From Chiloscyllium plagiosum (lineage: Eukaryota), in NCBI RefSeq assembly GCF_004010195.1, contig NC_057752.1:15833348-15897347 (forward strand): DNA of 64,000 nucleotides, in the 5' to 3' direction. Numbering within the stretch: the first letter of the stretch is position 1; every line of letters starts with the position of its first letter. This document shows, one piece after another, positions 1 to 41,019 of this stretch. The position numbers and the translations under genes were made by a program. Under the pieces are notes generated by a model. It was not told where the DNA came from and did not search any database. It saw only the letters and a list, made by a program, of their open reading frames with translations.

Positions 1-2719
1 TACTTTGGTCTCTGGATTAACAGTCTAACGATAATACCACTAGATCATTGCCATATCAAAGAATGGTTGGCGGCACTGGATTCTGGAAAGTCTGAGTCCC
101 GATAACATTGTGGCAATAATACTGAAGGCTTGTGCTCCAGAATCAGCCATGCCCCTAGTAGAGCTGTTCCAGTACAGCTATAACAGTAGCATCTACCTGA
201 CAGCATGAAAAAATGCGTGTATACAAAAACTAGGGCAAATCCAACTCCGTCAATTATTGCTCCAAACAGTCTACTTTCATCAATAAAGAAATGACAAGTG
301 TCATCAACAGTGCTGTCAAGCTGTGATGTCCAGTTTGAGTTCTGCCAGGGCCACTCAATTCCTGACCTCATTACAGCCTTGGTTCATAAATAGAGAAAGA
401 TTAATTCACGAGGTGAGGTGAGAGCGATTGCCTTGACACTGAGTATGGCATCAAGGAGCCCTGGCAAAACTGGAAAGAGCAACCTCTCCTCTGGTTGGAT
501 CATACTTGGCACATGAAGAGATTGTGATTGTTGGAGGTCAGTCAGCTTTATCCCCATGGCATTTCTTCAGGAGTTCCTCAGGGTAGCGTCCTAGGCCAAC
601 TTGAGCTGCTTCATCAATGACTATCCCTCCATCATAAGATCAGAAGAGGGGGCTGTTTGGTAACAATCGTGCAATGTTCACCACTTGTGACTCTGTCACT
701 GAAATAGTCCAAGTAAAAATGCAACAAGACCTGTACAGTATCCAGGCTTTTCTGACAAGTGGCAAGTAACATTCACATCACACAAATGCAGGCAATGACC
801 ATCTCCAATAATGGATAATCTAACCACTACACCCTGACTGTTTGTGGTGTTACCATCACTGAATTCTCCAATCAACAGAGGGTATTATGGTCCAGAAACT
901 CAACTGGAGACACGGTCGCTCAGTGGTTAGCACTATTGCTTCACAGTACCAGGGATCCAGGTCTGATTCCATCCTCGACTGACTGTCTGTGAAGTTTGCA
1001 CGTTCTCCCCATGTCTACGTGGGATTCCTCTGGTTGTTCAGATTTCCTCCCACAGTCCAAAGATGTGCAGATTAGGTGAATTGGCCATGCTAAATTGCCA
1101 GTAGTGTCTAAGGATGTGTAGTGAGAGTGGATTAGCCATGGAAAATGCAGAGTTACAGGGATAGGATAGGAGGTTGGGATGCTGCTCAGAGGGTTGGTGT
1201 GGACTTGATGGGCCAAATGACCTACATCCACACTGTAGAGATTCTATGATTTGTTAAATAAAACTGAACTCACAATGAATAATGCAGCTAGAAGAGCAGA
1301 TCGGAGACTAGGAATACTGCAGCATGTAACTCACCACGTGACTCCAAAAGCCTGTCCATCATCTGCAAGGACGAGTCAGGAGTGTGGAATAGTATCCACT
1401 TGCCTGGGTGAGTGAGCTCCAAGAACACTCAAGAGCTTAATACCATCCAGGACAAATCAGCCCCCGCTTGACTGGCACCACATTCGCAAACATCCACTCC
1501 TCTACCAACACATACTCGCAGTGTGTGCCATCTGCAACATGCACTGCAGAAATCCACCAAAGGTCCTTAGATAGCACCTACCAAATCCATGACCACTTCC
1601 ATCTCAACGGGCAAGGGCAGCACAAACATAAAAACACCACCACTTGCAAGTTCCTCTTTAAGCTGCTGAAAAACATGACTTGGAAATGTACAATAGTCAC
1701 CCCATATCCAAAGCAAACCCTATATATAAGTCATTCCTCAGTTACATACATACCTATGATAAAGTTTAATTGATTATGCAAAATAAAGGCTAACTGGATG
1801 CGAGTAAAGCGGGCAGCATGGGTACAGAGGACAAAGTTGAGTGATGTATGAGTGCGACAGGGCCGGAAGGTTTCACCATGTTAATCAGATTGGGGTGCAA
1901 TTTGAAACTTACAAATCATTTATTTCTGGAATCTTCCAGTGAATTTTTGCAGGCTGTGGGAAACTGCAGAAACCTAATCCGCGGATATGGGGATTCTACT
2001 GTATTGCCATTTCTCCTTTGTTGCTGGGCCAAGATCCTGAAGTTCCCTCCCTGAGGGCATTGTGGGTCAACCTACGGCATTTGAGCTACTGTGCTTCAAG
2101 AAGGCTGGCCACCATCTTCTCTAGGGCAGCCAGAGACGGGCAATACCCATCCTTCAATGCCTATGTCTCATGATTGAATACATTAAAAGAAAACACTATC
2201 TTGGGCATTGCAGGAAAACAAAATCATAGCAGGGTCAGTACAGGCCTTGGGACATGATGGTCAACTAGTCTTCTGCACTGGAGTGCTTGACTACAGTAAA
2301 AGCAGAAAGAACTGGAGAAATTCATTGGGTCTGCCAGCATTTGTAGAGAGAAAACTAGAGTTAACCTTTTGAGTTTGAATCCAATGTGATGCTTTTCTTT
2401 GGGACTGAAGGTATATGGAAAATTAAATCAGACTTTGTTTACCGTTGGCTGGGTGGGGGGGATGGGAAGGAATGGGTGGAACAAATGGTGAGATTGTTAG
2501 AATCTAAAGTTAAAGGCAGTACTAAAAGCTTGGCCAAAATAGGTTTTAAGGAGCATGTTTCCTTTTATACATTTGAATGAGTGTATTATGCCCAGACCAG
2601 AATTTATTGTCTGGCCCAATTTGCTGTGGAGAAGGTCATAGTGAGTGGTGCCTCTCGTGTGGTGAAAGTCTTCAGTGCAGTTGTTTGTTACTGGATTTGT
2701 CATTGCAGTCTTGGGACTC

Positions 2720-3345
2720 TGCTACCCTCAAGCACCAACCCCCAGCCCCACGAAGGGGCAATTGCACTTCCCCATGATAGCCCTCAAAATTGGAGCCTCC
2801 AAGGATGCATTGTTAGACCCTTACTGTACTTTCTCTATACACAACTGTGTAGCCAAATTCCGAGTGAGTGCCACCTACAAGTTTGCTGATGACACCACCG
2901 TAGTAGGATAGATATTGAACAACAACAAGTCAGAATACAGAAAGGAGATAGAGGGCTTGGTGGCGTGGCACAATTATAACAACCTCTGTCAATGTTGGCA
3001 AAACAAAAAAGCTGACCATTGCTACGGAAAGGCTGCCATAATCATGAAAGACCCTTCCCATCCTGTTACAACTTCTTCCATCAGGCAGAAGATACCGAAG
3101 CTTGAACATGCGCGTCAACAGGTTCAAGAACAGCTTCTTCCCCTCTGTTATTAGACAGATGAATGAACGGTCAAACTTCAAATAATCTTGATCTTGTTTT
3201 GCGCATCCCCTGTGCAGTGTAACCTGTATTCTCACTCTGTCTAAGCACCCTATGATTGTATGTCATCGCTTATTAGATTTCCCTGTACTGCTCACAAACA
3301 AAAGCTTTTCACTGTGCTTAGGTGCACATGACAACAATAAATCAA
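2720..3345 (+). mobile_element. Rex1/Babar-type LINE 3' fragment
   Basis: YKFADDTTVVG, EYRKEIEGLVAW, IMKDPSHP; ends in aataaatcaaat. Confidence 0.75.
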
Positions 3346-3488
3346 ATATAATTTTAATTGATGTTAAATGTAGAGTATGCTGTAAATTGAGCGATTCTGC
3401 AATGTCATATTATACTTGAATCTTTCTGACTTTGGATATTTAGTTTCTCTCTCCTATGGTGGATTAATTTGTAAAAATTCTCATATAA

Positions 3489-32104
<28,616 letters not shown>

Positions 32105-32421
32105 AGTGGCTGGAAAGGGCAGTTCATTACTTGATTTCGACATTTCTTCATTGCTGTCAATTAGATTTCATGTGATGTATTATGCAGCATGCAGCAGTGT
32201 TGTTTCAAGGGTGCCAGTAGCAACCTTCAGGAAATATTGGAAATGAAATTATTCAAAAGAATATTGTTTGAATGTTTGTTTCATGATGCTATGGTTACTA
32301 TTGTATTAGGAACTGTTATGCTTAAAGAAATCTGAGCACCCAGCAATTAAACAACAGAACTATGCCACAGGATTTCATTGTTTTATACAAAAGAAAACCT
32401 GTTTTTTAACCAATAAGATTT

Positions 32422-32427
32422 AATAAA
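32422..32427 (+). terminator. Candidate PSMB6 polyadenylation signal
   Basis: First AATAAA about 320 nt after the stop codon. Alternatives at 32683-32688 and 32746-32751. Confidence 0.55.
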
Positions 32428-35400
32428 GTAAGGATAACTTATGCAACACTATAGCTGTTGAACATTTCTGCTATAACCTCAGCTGTAGTGTTTATTTCCC
32501 CCGTAACTTATGAACAGCCCACCACTATCAAACAGCCTCATGGCTGTGGATACCTCAGCTGTTTGTTTGGGTTGCCAAATCTGCTGACTACTTTAAGCCA
32601 TTTATGACTTTCTGAATCCTGTGCCCCATTTCTTTTATGGTTACAGCTTTAATTCCTAAAACTGCAAGTTAGTATTCTTAAAAATAAAAACTTAAATGAA
32701 GCTTTTGTAACACTATAGTTTGCAAAGTTCAGAGATCTGACTGCGAATAAATAGAACCTTATTGGAATATGTGAAATGGAGGCCCACTGGGGTTTTTGCT
32801 ATTTCAGCCATTCATTTTGATCATGATAGATGTTTCGGCTCTGTAATCCTTAATAATCTGGACTGACAAAAATATGCGTGTGTTTTGAATTGAAATTAAC
32901 CTCTGCTTCAACAGCTTTTTTGCGGGTAGAGAGGGTTTCTGATTTTTATGATATTTTTTGTGAAGAAGCATCATCATCGAACAGACTTGCTCTAATTTTA
33001 AGGTTCGTCTTGCTTCTCCCCAGCAGAGGAAGTAGCTTTTTTCCTTTTACCTTATCAAATACTTTATTCATTTTAAGCATCTTGATTAGGTTGACCCTTA
33101 ACTTTCAATGCTGCAGGGAAGACAGGTCTGTGTCTTTGCAGTCCAGTTCGCAGTCTGTAACCCTCTAAAAGACTGATTCATTCTACCTGAGGTAAGAAGT
33201 ACTTCTGAGATGGTCTATACAGAGCTAGTGTTTATCTGTAACAGAACTTCCATTTCTAAAGGAAGACATTCCATTAAACATTTTAATTGAGTTTAGTTCC
33301 GGGCTGCTAACATGAGGTTTGACTGATATTAGGAATTGCTCTTTGGGACCTCATGTGTGATTTCAGATCCATGACATCTCAAGACATTCACTCAAGTAGC
33401 CTGTTAGGAATTTCCTGCTGATCACCACCTAAAGCCAAGCCCAAACTCTGCTGTCAACCTCAGCTGATAAACTTGGAGAAGTACTGGATTAACAACACTT
33501 GGATGAAGCAGTGAGGGTGGCTTGACACAGAATATTCTCTGGTTGGGCAGAGTGAATGTGTAGTGCCAATACTTATACAAATACTGCAATAGGAGACCAA
33601 GAGATTGAAAAAAACTAACCTTGTCCACACAATTTTGCCAATCACAAGTGTCCCTGAACATGGCAATGACAGTAGTAGTAATCACTGCACGTTCACTTCG
33701 GGAGAAAGTCTCGACTTGACATTGGGGCAAGCTTTGAACAGATCTCTCCCCATTAATCTTAGCCTTCAGCTCTTCATGGATACTATCAGTGGTGAACTGT
33801 ATTCAACTGCAGTCTGTAACCTCATGGCTAGGCATATTCTCCACTCTATCATATGAGCAGGTAGGGAGATCAGGTATACTAAAAGTGAAGTGTCAATCTG
33901 GTGAAGTTCTGATGTAGAACTGTTGGCATGCAATGCAGTAGAAGGAGCATGCAATAGACAGAACTAATTGATTCCATAACCAATAATCAGATCAATGTTT
34001 GCCAGTTCCAATACTGAAGGCTGGTGGCCAATTAAATGCTGGAAAAGGAGGTGTCACATATATTCATTCTGCAACGAAGGAGGAATCACAACATTAGTGC
34101 AAAAAACAAGCTTTTGCATCCATCTTCAGCTGGAGGTACAGAGTGAATGATTCATCTTGGCCTCCTCTAAATAGGAACTAGAGTCAGCTGTTCATACCTT
34201 TGAGTCTACTCCACCAATCAATTGGATTATAGCTAATCCAACATTCTTCATGTATTTTTCCTGTAACTCTTGATTCCCCTACTGGTCAAGAATCTACCTA
34301 TCAGCCTTAACTAGACACGGATCTGTACCAACCATCCCAGACCTCCCAGCTCTTTGTGGTAAGGAGTTCCAAAAACTCCAACCGTCTGAAAATATAAATT
34401 TCTCCTCATCTTAGTCTTAAATTGGTACCCCTTTATTTGGTGACTATGCCTTCCAGCCAATCCAAATTCCTCTTTGTGATATCAAAAATAAAAGCTGGAG
34501 GCACTGATACTGCAAAAGCAATGGGTTCTGACACGGTTTCCAGTAACAGCAGTGAAGATTGCACACTAATCATACGCAGTAGGAGAAAGTGAGGACTACA
34601 GATGCTGGAGCTCAGAGTCAAGAGCATAATGCTGGAAAAGCACAGCAGGTCAAGCAGCATCTGAGGAGCAGGAGAATCAACGTTTTGGGCATAAGCCCTT
34701 CATAAAGAATCAGCAAAAACAGTACACAAAAGGCAAACATACTTAAACATACTGGAGATTTTTTTTGAGGATACAGCTCATAGAATAGACAAGAAGAAAA
34801 CCATAAGATGTGGTATATTTGGATTGGCAGATGGCTTTTGATAAAGCCAGTCATAAGATATTTGTGGGCAAATTTAAAGTACATGGGATGGGGGAAAAGA
34901 TTAGCATAATCAAGGATTGCTTGACAGAAAAAGAGAAAGATGGAAATAAATGGGTCCTTTTCTGAGTAGCAGACAGTGACGAGTGGGATATCACAAGGTC
35001 CCAGCTATTTGTGATATTTATGTATAAATAACCTAGATGGAATCAAATGCAACACTTCCAAGTTTGCGAATTGAACAAAATTGGGTGGGATGATGAGGAG
35101 GAGATATAGAGGCTTCAAGGTGGTTTAGACAAGTTAAGTGAGTGGCAAATAAATGCAGTCAAAGCATGTCTAAATATGAAGTTATGCACTTCAATGTGAA
35201 AGGCAGAAAGGAAGAGTTCTATAGGTGATGTATCAGGAAGCGTTGTGACGATGCTGCTCATTTAACAAGGTTGTGTTGTCCTCTGTATTTTTTCAGAAGT
35301 GTTGTATGAGGCAGACTGGCCAAAATGTCTGGATTTATCTACTTGAAGAAGCTTTTAAGATTTAAAAAAATTTGGAAAAGGGGAGTGGCCAGTTCCCCCA

Positions 35401-35524
35401 GCTCTGCTTGTCTCTTGTTGGATTTGTTATGATTTTAGCAAACAGTCTGTTTTTTGAGGCTGCTGGTCAAAGAAACAGTTCCATGCTGACCCTCCCTCTG
35501 AGACGATTAGTAGCTCAGGTTGAG

Positions 35525-36428
35525 AACTAGCCATTTAGATACAGAACTGGCTCAAAGGTAGAAGACAGAGGGTGGTGGTGGAGGGTTGTTTTTCAGACTG
35601 GAGGTCTGTGACCACAGGAGTGCCACAAGGATTGGTGCTGGGTCCTCTACTTTTTGTCATTTACGTAAATGATTTGGATGTGAGCTTAAGAGGTACAGTT
35701 AGTAAGTTTGCAGATGATACCAAAATTGGAGGTGTAGTGGACAGCGAAGAGGGTTACCTCAGATTACAATAGGATCTTGACCAGATGGGCCAATGGGCTA
35801 AGAAGTGNNNNNNNNNNNNNNNNNNNNNNNNNNNNNNNNNNNNNNNNNNNNNNNNNNNNNNNNNNNNNNNNNNNNNNNNNNNNNNNNNNNNNNNNNNNNN
35901 NNNNNNNNNNNNNNNNNNNNNNNNNNNNNNNNNNNNNNNNNNNNNNNNNNNNNNNNNNNNNNNNNNNNNNNNNNNNNNNNNNNNNNNNNNNNNNNNNNNN
36001 NNNNNNNNNNNNNNNNNNNNNNNNNNNNNNNNNNNNNNNNNNNNNNNNNNNNNNNNNNNNNNNNNNNNNNNNNNNNNNNNNNNNNNNNNNNNNNNNNNNN
36101 NNNNNNNNNNNNNNNNNNNNNNNNNNNNNNNNNNNNNNNNNNNNNNNNNNNNNNNNNNNNNNNNNNNNNNNNNNNNNNNNNNNNNNNNNNNNNNNNNNNN
36201 NNNNNNNNNNNNNNNNNNNNNNNNNNNNNNNNNNNNNNNNNNNNNNNNTACAATTGCAACATTTAAGAGGCATTTGGATGGGTATATGAATAGGAAGGGT
36301 TTGGAGGGATATGGGCCGGGTACTGGCAGGTGGGACTAGATTGGGTTGGGATATCTGGTTGGCATGGACGGGTTGGACCGAAGGGTCTGTTTCCATGCTG
36401 TACATCTCTATGACTCTATGACTTCATG
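35525..36428 (+). mobile_element. CR1/HER1-type LINE 3' portion (spans a 441-N gap)
   Basis: [21 protein letters not shown]...SKFADDTKIGG; (CTCTATGA)-type tail. Confidence 0.88.
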
Positions 36429-36429
36429 A

Positions 36430-39295
36430 CTTCTGAATGTAGGTCTGCTTGTTGAGCTGGAAGGTTCATTTTCAGACGTTTTGTCACCATGCTCGGTAGC
36501 ATCTTCACTGAGCCTCCGGATGAAGCACTCGTGGTGTAGCCCCCTTTCTATTTTTATGTTTGGGTTTCTTTGGGTTGGTGATGTTATTTCCTGTGGCGAT
36601 GTCATTTCTTATGGTGATGTCATTTCCTGCTCTTTTTCTTGGGGGTGGTAAGTGGGATCCAAGTCAATGTATTTGTTGATAGGGTGCCAGTTGGAATGTC
36701 ATGCTTCTAGGAATTCTGGTACGTGTCTCTGTTTTGCTTGTCCTAGGAGGATGTGTTTTCCCAGTCGAAGTCGTGTCCTTCCTCATCCATATGTAAGGAT
36801 ACTAGTGAGAGAGGGTCATATCTTTTTGTGGCTAGTTGATATTCATGTATCCTGGTTGCTAGTTTTCTGCCTGTTTGTCCAATGTAGTGTCAGTTATAGT
36901 TCTTACAAGGTATTTTGTAAATGACATTAATTTTGCTTGCCTGTATAGGGTCTTTCAAGTTCATTAGCTGTTGTTTTAGTGTGTTGGTGGGTTTGTGGGC
37001 TACCATGTTGCCAAGAGGTCTGAGTAGTCTGGCAGTCATTGCCAAGATGTCTGATGTAGGGGAGAGTGGCTAGGGTTTCTGGACGTGTTTTGTCTGCTTG
37101 TTTGGGTTTGTTGCAGAGAAATCGGCAGAGTGTGTTCATTGTGTACCCGTTCTTTTTGAATACCCTGTATTGGTGATTTTCCTCTGCTGTTCATAGTTCC
37201 TCTGTGCTGCAGTGTATGGTAGCTGGTTGAAATAATGTTCTAATGTAGCTTTGTTTGTGGATGTCGGGATGATTGCTTCTGTAGTTCAGTATTTGTTCCA
37301 TACGTGTTATTTTCCTGTAGATACTGGTTTGAAGTTCCCCATTGGCTGTTCGCTCCACTGTGACATCTAGGCAGTTCGTTGTTATTTTCCTCCTCTTCAG
37401 TGAATTTTATGCCAGTAAGGGTATTATTGATAGTCTTGAATGTTTCCTCTAATTTGTTTCATTTAGTGATGACAATAGTGTTATCCACATAGCGGACCCA
37501 AAGTTTGGGTTGGATAGTTGGCAGAGCTGTTTGTTCGAGTCTCTGCATTACTGCCTCCGCCAGGAACCCTGATAAAGGAGATCCCTTGGGTGTTCTGTTG
37601 GTTTGTCTGTAGATTTTGTTGTTGAAGGTGAAGTGAGTGGTAAGGCATAGGCCCACTAGCTTGATGATGTTGCCCTTGCTGATGAAGTTGGTGGTGTTTG
37701 GTGCATGTCTTTGGTTCTTCTAATAGTGTAGTCAGTGTTTCCTTCGCCGGGTTGATGTTGATGGATGTGAACAGGGCTGTTACACCAAAGGAGACCATTA
37801 TTTTATCCTCTTCTATCTTGGTGTCTTTGATGGTCTTCAGGAATTCTTGGGTGGAGTGGATGGAGTGGTGTGAGTCTTCTACTAAGTGTTTTAGTCTTTG
37901 GTAAAGCTTCTTGGCCAATCTGTAAATTGGTGTTCCAGGTAGCGAGACCATAGGTCTGAGGGGGGCTCCTGGTTTGTGAATTTTGGGTAACTCATAGAAG
38001 CCTGGTGTGTTGGATTTGTCTGGTTTCATTGTTTGGAAATCTTATTCTAAGATTTCTGAAGTTTTTTGAGTACTGCTGTGATTTGGTTCTCTAGTTGTGG
38101 GGTCGGATCTATTGCCACTTGTTGGTAAGAATTAGTATTTGCAAGTAGTGCATTCACTTTCTCAATGTAGTCTCTTTGATTTAAAATGACCGTCAAGCAT
38201 CCTTTGTCTGAGATAGGATAGCAATGTTTTTATCTTCTTTTGCTATTTCTAGTGCTTTTCTTTCTTGTATTGAGTGTGTTACCTTCCTTTTTCCTGCTTA
38301 ATGTTGGTGCGACAGTCTGTCTGATAGTTTGCTGGGTTTCCTTTGATAGTTGATTGTCTTTCAGCGATGTTTCTAATGCTGCTAAGAAAGCTTTCTTGTC
38401 CACAACCTGGAAAGTGTAATTTAATTCTTTTACTACGATGGCTTTTTCAGTGTCTGTTAAGGGTCGGTCAGATAAGTTTTTTTATCCTGTTTCTGTGTTG
38501 TCAGTGTTGTTATTTTGTGTAAGTTTGTCAATATGGCTTTTTCAGTGTCTGTTAAGGGTCGGTCAGATAAGTTTTTTTTATCCTGTTTCTGTGTTGTCAG
38601 TGTTGTTATTTTGTGTAAGTTTGTCAATTTTTTTCTGCAGGTCTAGTTTTGATCATTTTCTGTGTTTGTTGCTATCTAATGTCTATTGCTTGTTATACTG
38701 TATCTGTCCATTCATGGTCTGTTGCATTTCTGAGTAAAGATTTTTGGCACAATGTTTCCTGGTTGTATTTAAGGAGTCAGTTGTGGGCATCATTAATCAT
38801 TTCTCTCAGCATTCTGTGGCCATTTTGTTCTGCCAATCATTTGGCTAGTGGGGTGTTAAGGGGAGGTTTGTGGTATTTAGGTATTTAGGTAGTACATTTA
38901 GGTAGTATCTGTTTCCGTAGGCATTCGTGTAGGAAGTACAGCTATTCATTGGTGGCGCTCTGTTGGATGGTATTGGTTTCCCATTTTCAGGCCAGTTTTA
39001 GCATATTGCACTCTTAGGTGTTAGCAAGTTTTGAGAAGATTTGTAGCTCAGGTTGAAGTTCTGGATGTAGGTTTACTCGCTGAGCTGGAAGGTTCGTTTT
39101 CAGATGTTTCGTCATCATACTAGGTAGCATCTTCAGTGAGCCTCCGGGTAATGCACTGCTCATGTAGCCTGCTTTCTCATTGTGTGTTTGATTTTCTTTG
39201 GGTTGGTGATGTCATTTCTGGTGGTGACATTGTTCCTTATGGTGATGTCATTTCCTATTCTTTTTCTCAGGAGGTGGTAAATGGGATTCAAGTCA
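36430..39295 (-). mobile_element. Near full-length degenerate Penelope-like element (Penelope/Poseidon type) with direct terminal repeats
   Basis: RT motifs FYELPKIHKPGAPLRPMVS, GSPLSGFLAEAVM, WVRYVDN. Direct repeats at ~36430-36665 and ~39025-39295 both end in ...GGTAA(G/A)TGGGAT(C/T)CAAGTCA. The 3' region is homologous to the GIY-YIG fragment at 9700-10375. Confidence 0.88.
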
Positions 39296-41005
39296 CTGAT
39301 AAAACTACACAGTGATGTCAACAAGTTTCATTCCACCATCAAACTCACCATGGACTACTCTCTACTATCTGTCTCATTCTTGGACACATGCATCTCCATC
39401 AAGGACGGACACCTCAGCACTACACTCTACCGCAAACCCACAGACAACCTCCCAATGATACACTTCTCCAGCTTCCACCCAAAACATATTAAAACAGCCA
39501 TCCCCTATGGACAAGCTGGACAAGCCCTACACATACACCGGATCTGCTCAGATGAGGAGGAACGTGACGGACACCTGGAAGAACTCAGGGATGCCCTCAT
39601 AAGAATGGGGTACAATGCTCAACTCATCGACCGCAGTTCCGACGTGCCACAGCAAGGAACCTCAGGAGACAGAGACGCGCTGCAACCGACAGGGTACCCT
39701 TCGTTGTCCAGTACACCCCAGGAGCCGATGAACTATGCCATGTTCTTCGTGACCTACAACACATTATCAATGAGGAAGCACCTCGTCAAGTCCTTCCCCA
39801 AACCACTACTGCTTGCCTTTAAACAACCATCAAACCTCAAACAGAGCGTTGTTCATAGCAAACTGCCTGGCTTTCAGGACAACTCCATACAACTCTTTCA
39901 TGGTAGGCGCTACAAGACGTGTCAGAGTGTGGACATGGATACCATCATTACGCGTAGGGACACTTCCCACCATGTACATGGCAGGTACACATGCGACTCA
40001 GCCAGCATTGTCTATCTTATACGCTGCAGACAAGGATGCCCTGAGGCATGGTACATTGGGGAAACCGAGCAGAGGCGACAGCAACAGATGAATGGGCATC
40101 ACACAACAATCAACAGACAGGAGTATTCCCTCCCAGTTGGAGAATACTTCAGCGGTCCAGGACATTCGACCTCGGACCTTCAGGTGACCATCCTCCAAGG
40201 CGGACTTCAGGACAGGCAGCAGTGAAAAGTGGCCAAGCAGAGGCTGATAGCTAAGTTCCATACACATAGGGAGGGCCTCAACCAGGACCTTGGGTTCATG
40301 TCACTCTACAAGGTGACCACCATTGCACTATACATACACACAGACATTCCTACACACACACACTCACACACACACACATATGCACTCCTATACACACACA
40401 GACACTCCCATACACAAACACGCACACAGGCACTCACACACACTCCCACTCACAACCCCCCATCCCAGACATACACACACACACAAAACCCACATGCACA
40501 CATATACATATATGTGTGCATGTGTACTTGAAGAGTTACATTGTACTTTGCTCAAAAACTGCATGAATCCATGTCAGACCCTGTTAACTTAACTTTTAAG
40601 ATTAGAATCAGTCTAAACATTATGGCACAGACGATAGAACGCAGGGAGCTAACACCTTCAACCTCTTAACATCTTATCTGGATGACACCAATTGTTACAA
40701 TTAACTTGAGAATGTAACTTTTAAAAAAGTTTTGTGATTTACACATGAAAGAAATGAAACTATTATGGTCATTCTAACAGATGAGAGACTCAACAAACAA
40801 TCAAGGTATTAGTCAATGTATAATTTCAGTTACATTACACTGTAAACATTTGTTATAAATTCTGTGCCTTACAATTGTGCCCTCCACAACCACCTGATGA
40901 AGGAGCGTCGCTCTGAAAGCTAGTGCTTCCAATTAAACCTGTTGGACTATAACCTGGTGTTGTGTGATTTTTAGCTTTGTACACCCCAGTCCAACACTGA
41001 CATCT
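39296..41005 (+). mobile_element. Penelope-like element, second family (possibly Neptune-type), 5'-truncated
   Basis: RT C-terminus (VSFLDT, LYRKPTD, AIPYGQA) and GIY-YIG (IVYLIRC...WYIGET) in ORF 39281..40225. CA-rich tract at 40330-40525; 3' repeat with hammerhead motif at 40891-40925. Confidence 0.88.
40891..40925 (+). ncRNA. Minimal type-I hammerhead ribozyme motif in a PLE terminal repeat
   Basis: cac-CUGAUGA-a-GGAGC(guc)GCUCU-GAAA-GC-UA-gug: conserved core boxes, stem I cac/gug, stem II hairpin, palindromic AGCU in place of stem III. Motif only; activity untested. Confidence 0.75.
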
Positions 41006-41019
41006 CCAAATCATGAGTG

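Noticed and set aside
39281..40225. 314-aa ORF as an intact or domesticated RT-GIY-YIG gene
   Set aside because: The ATG comes from the neighbouring element's repeat, the RT core is absent, and a central segment appears out of frame between compensating frameshifts.
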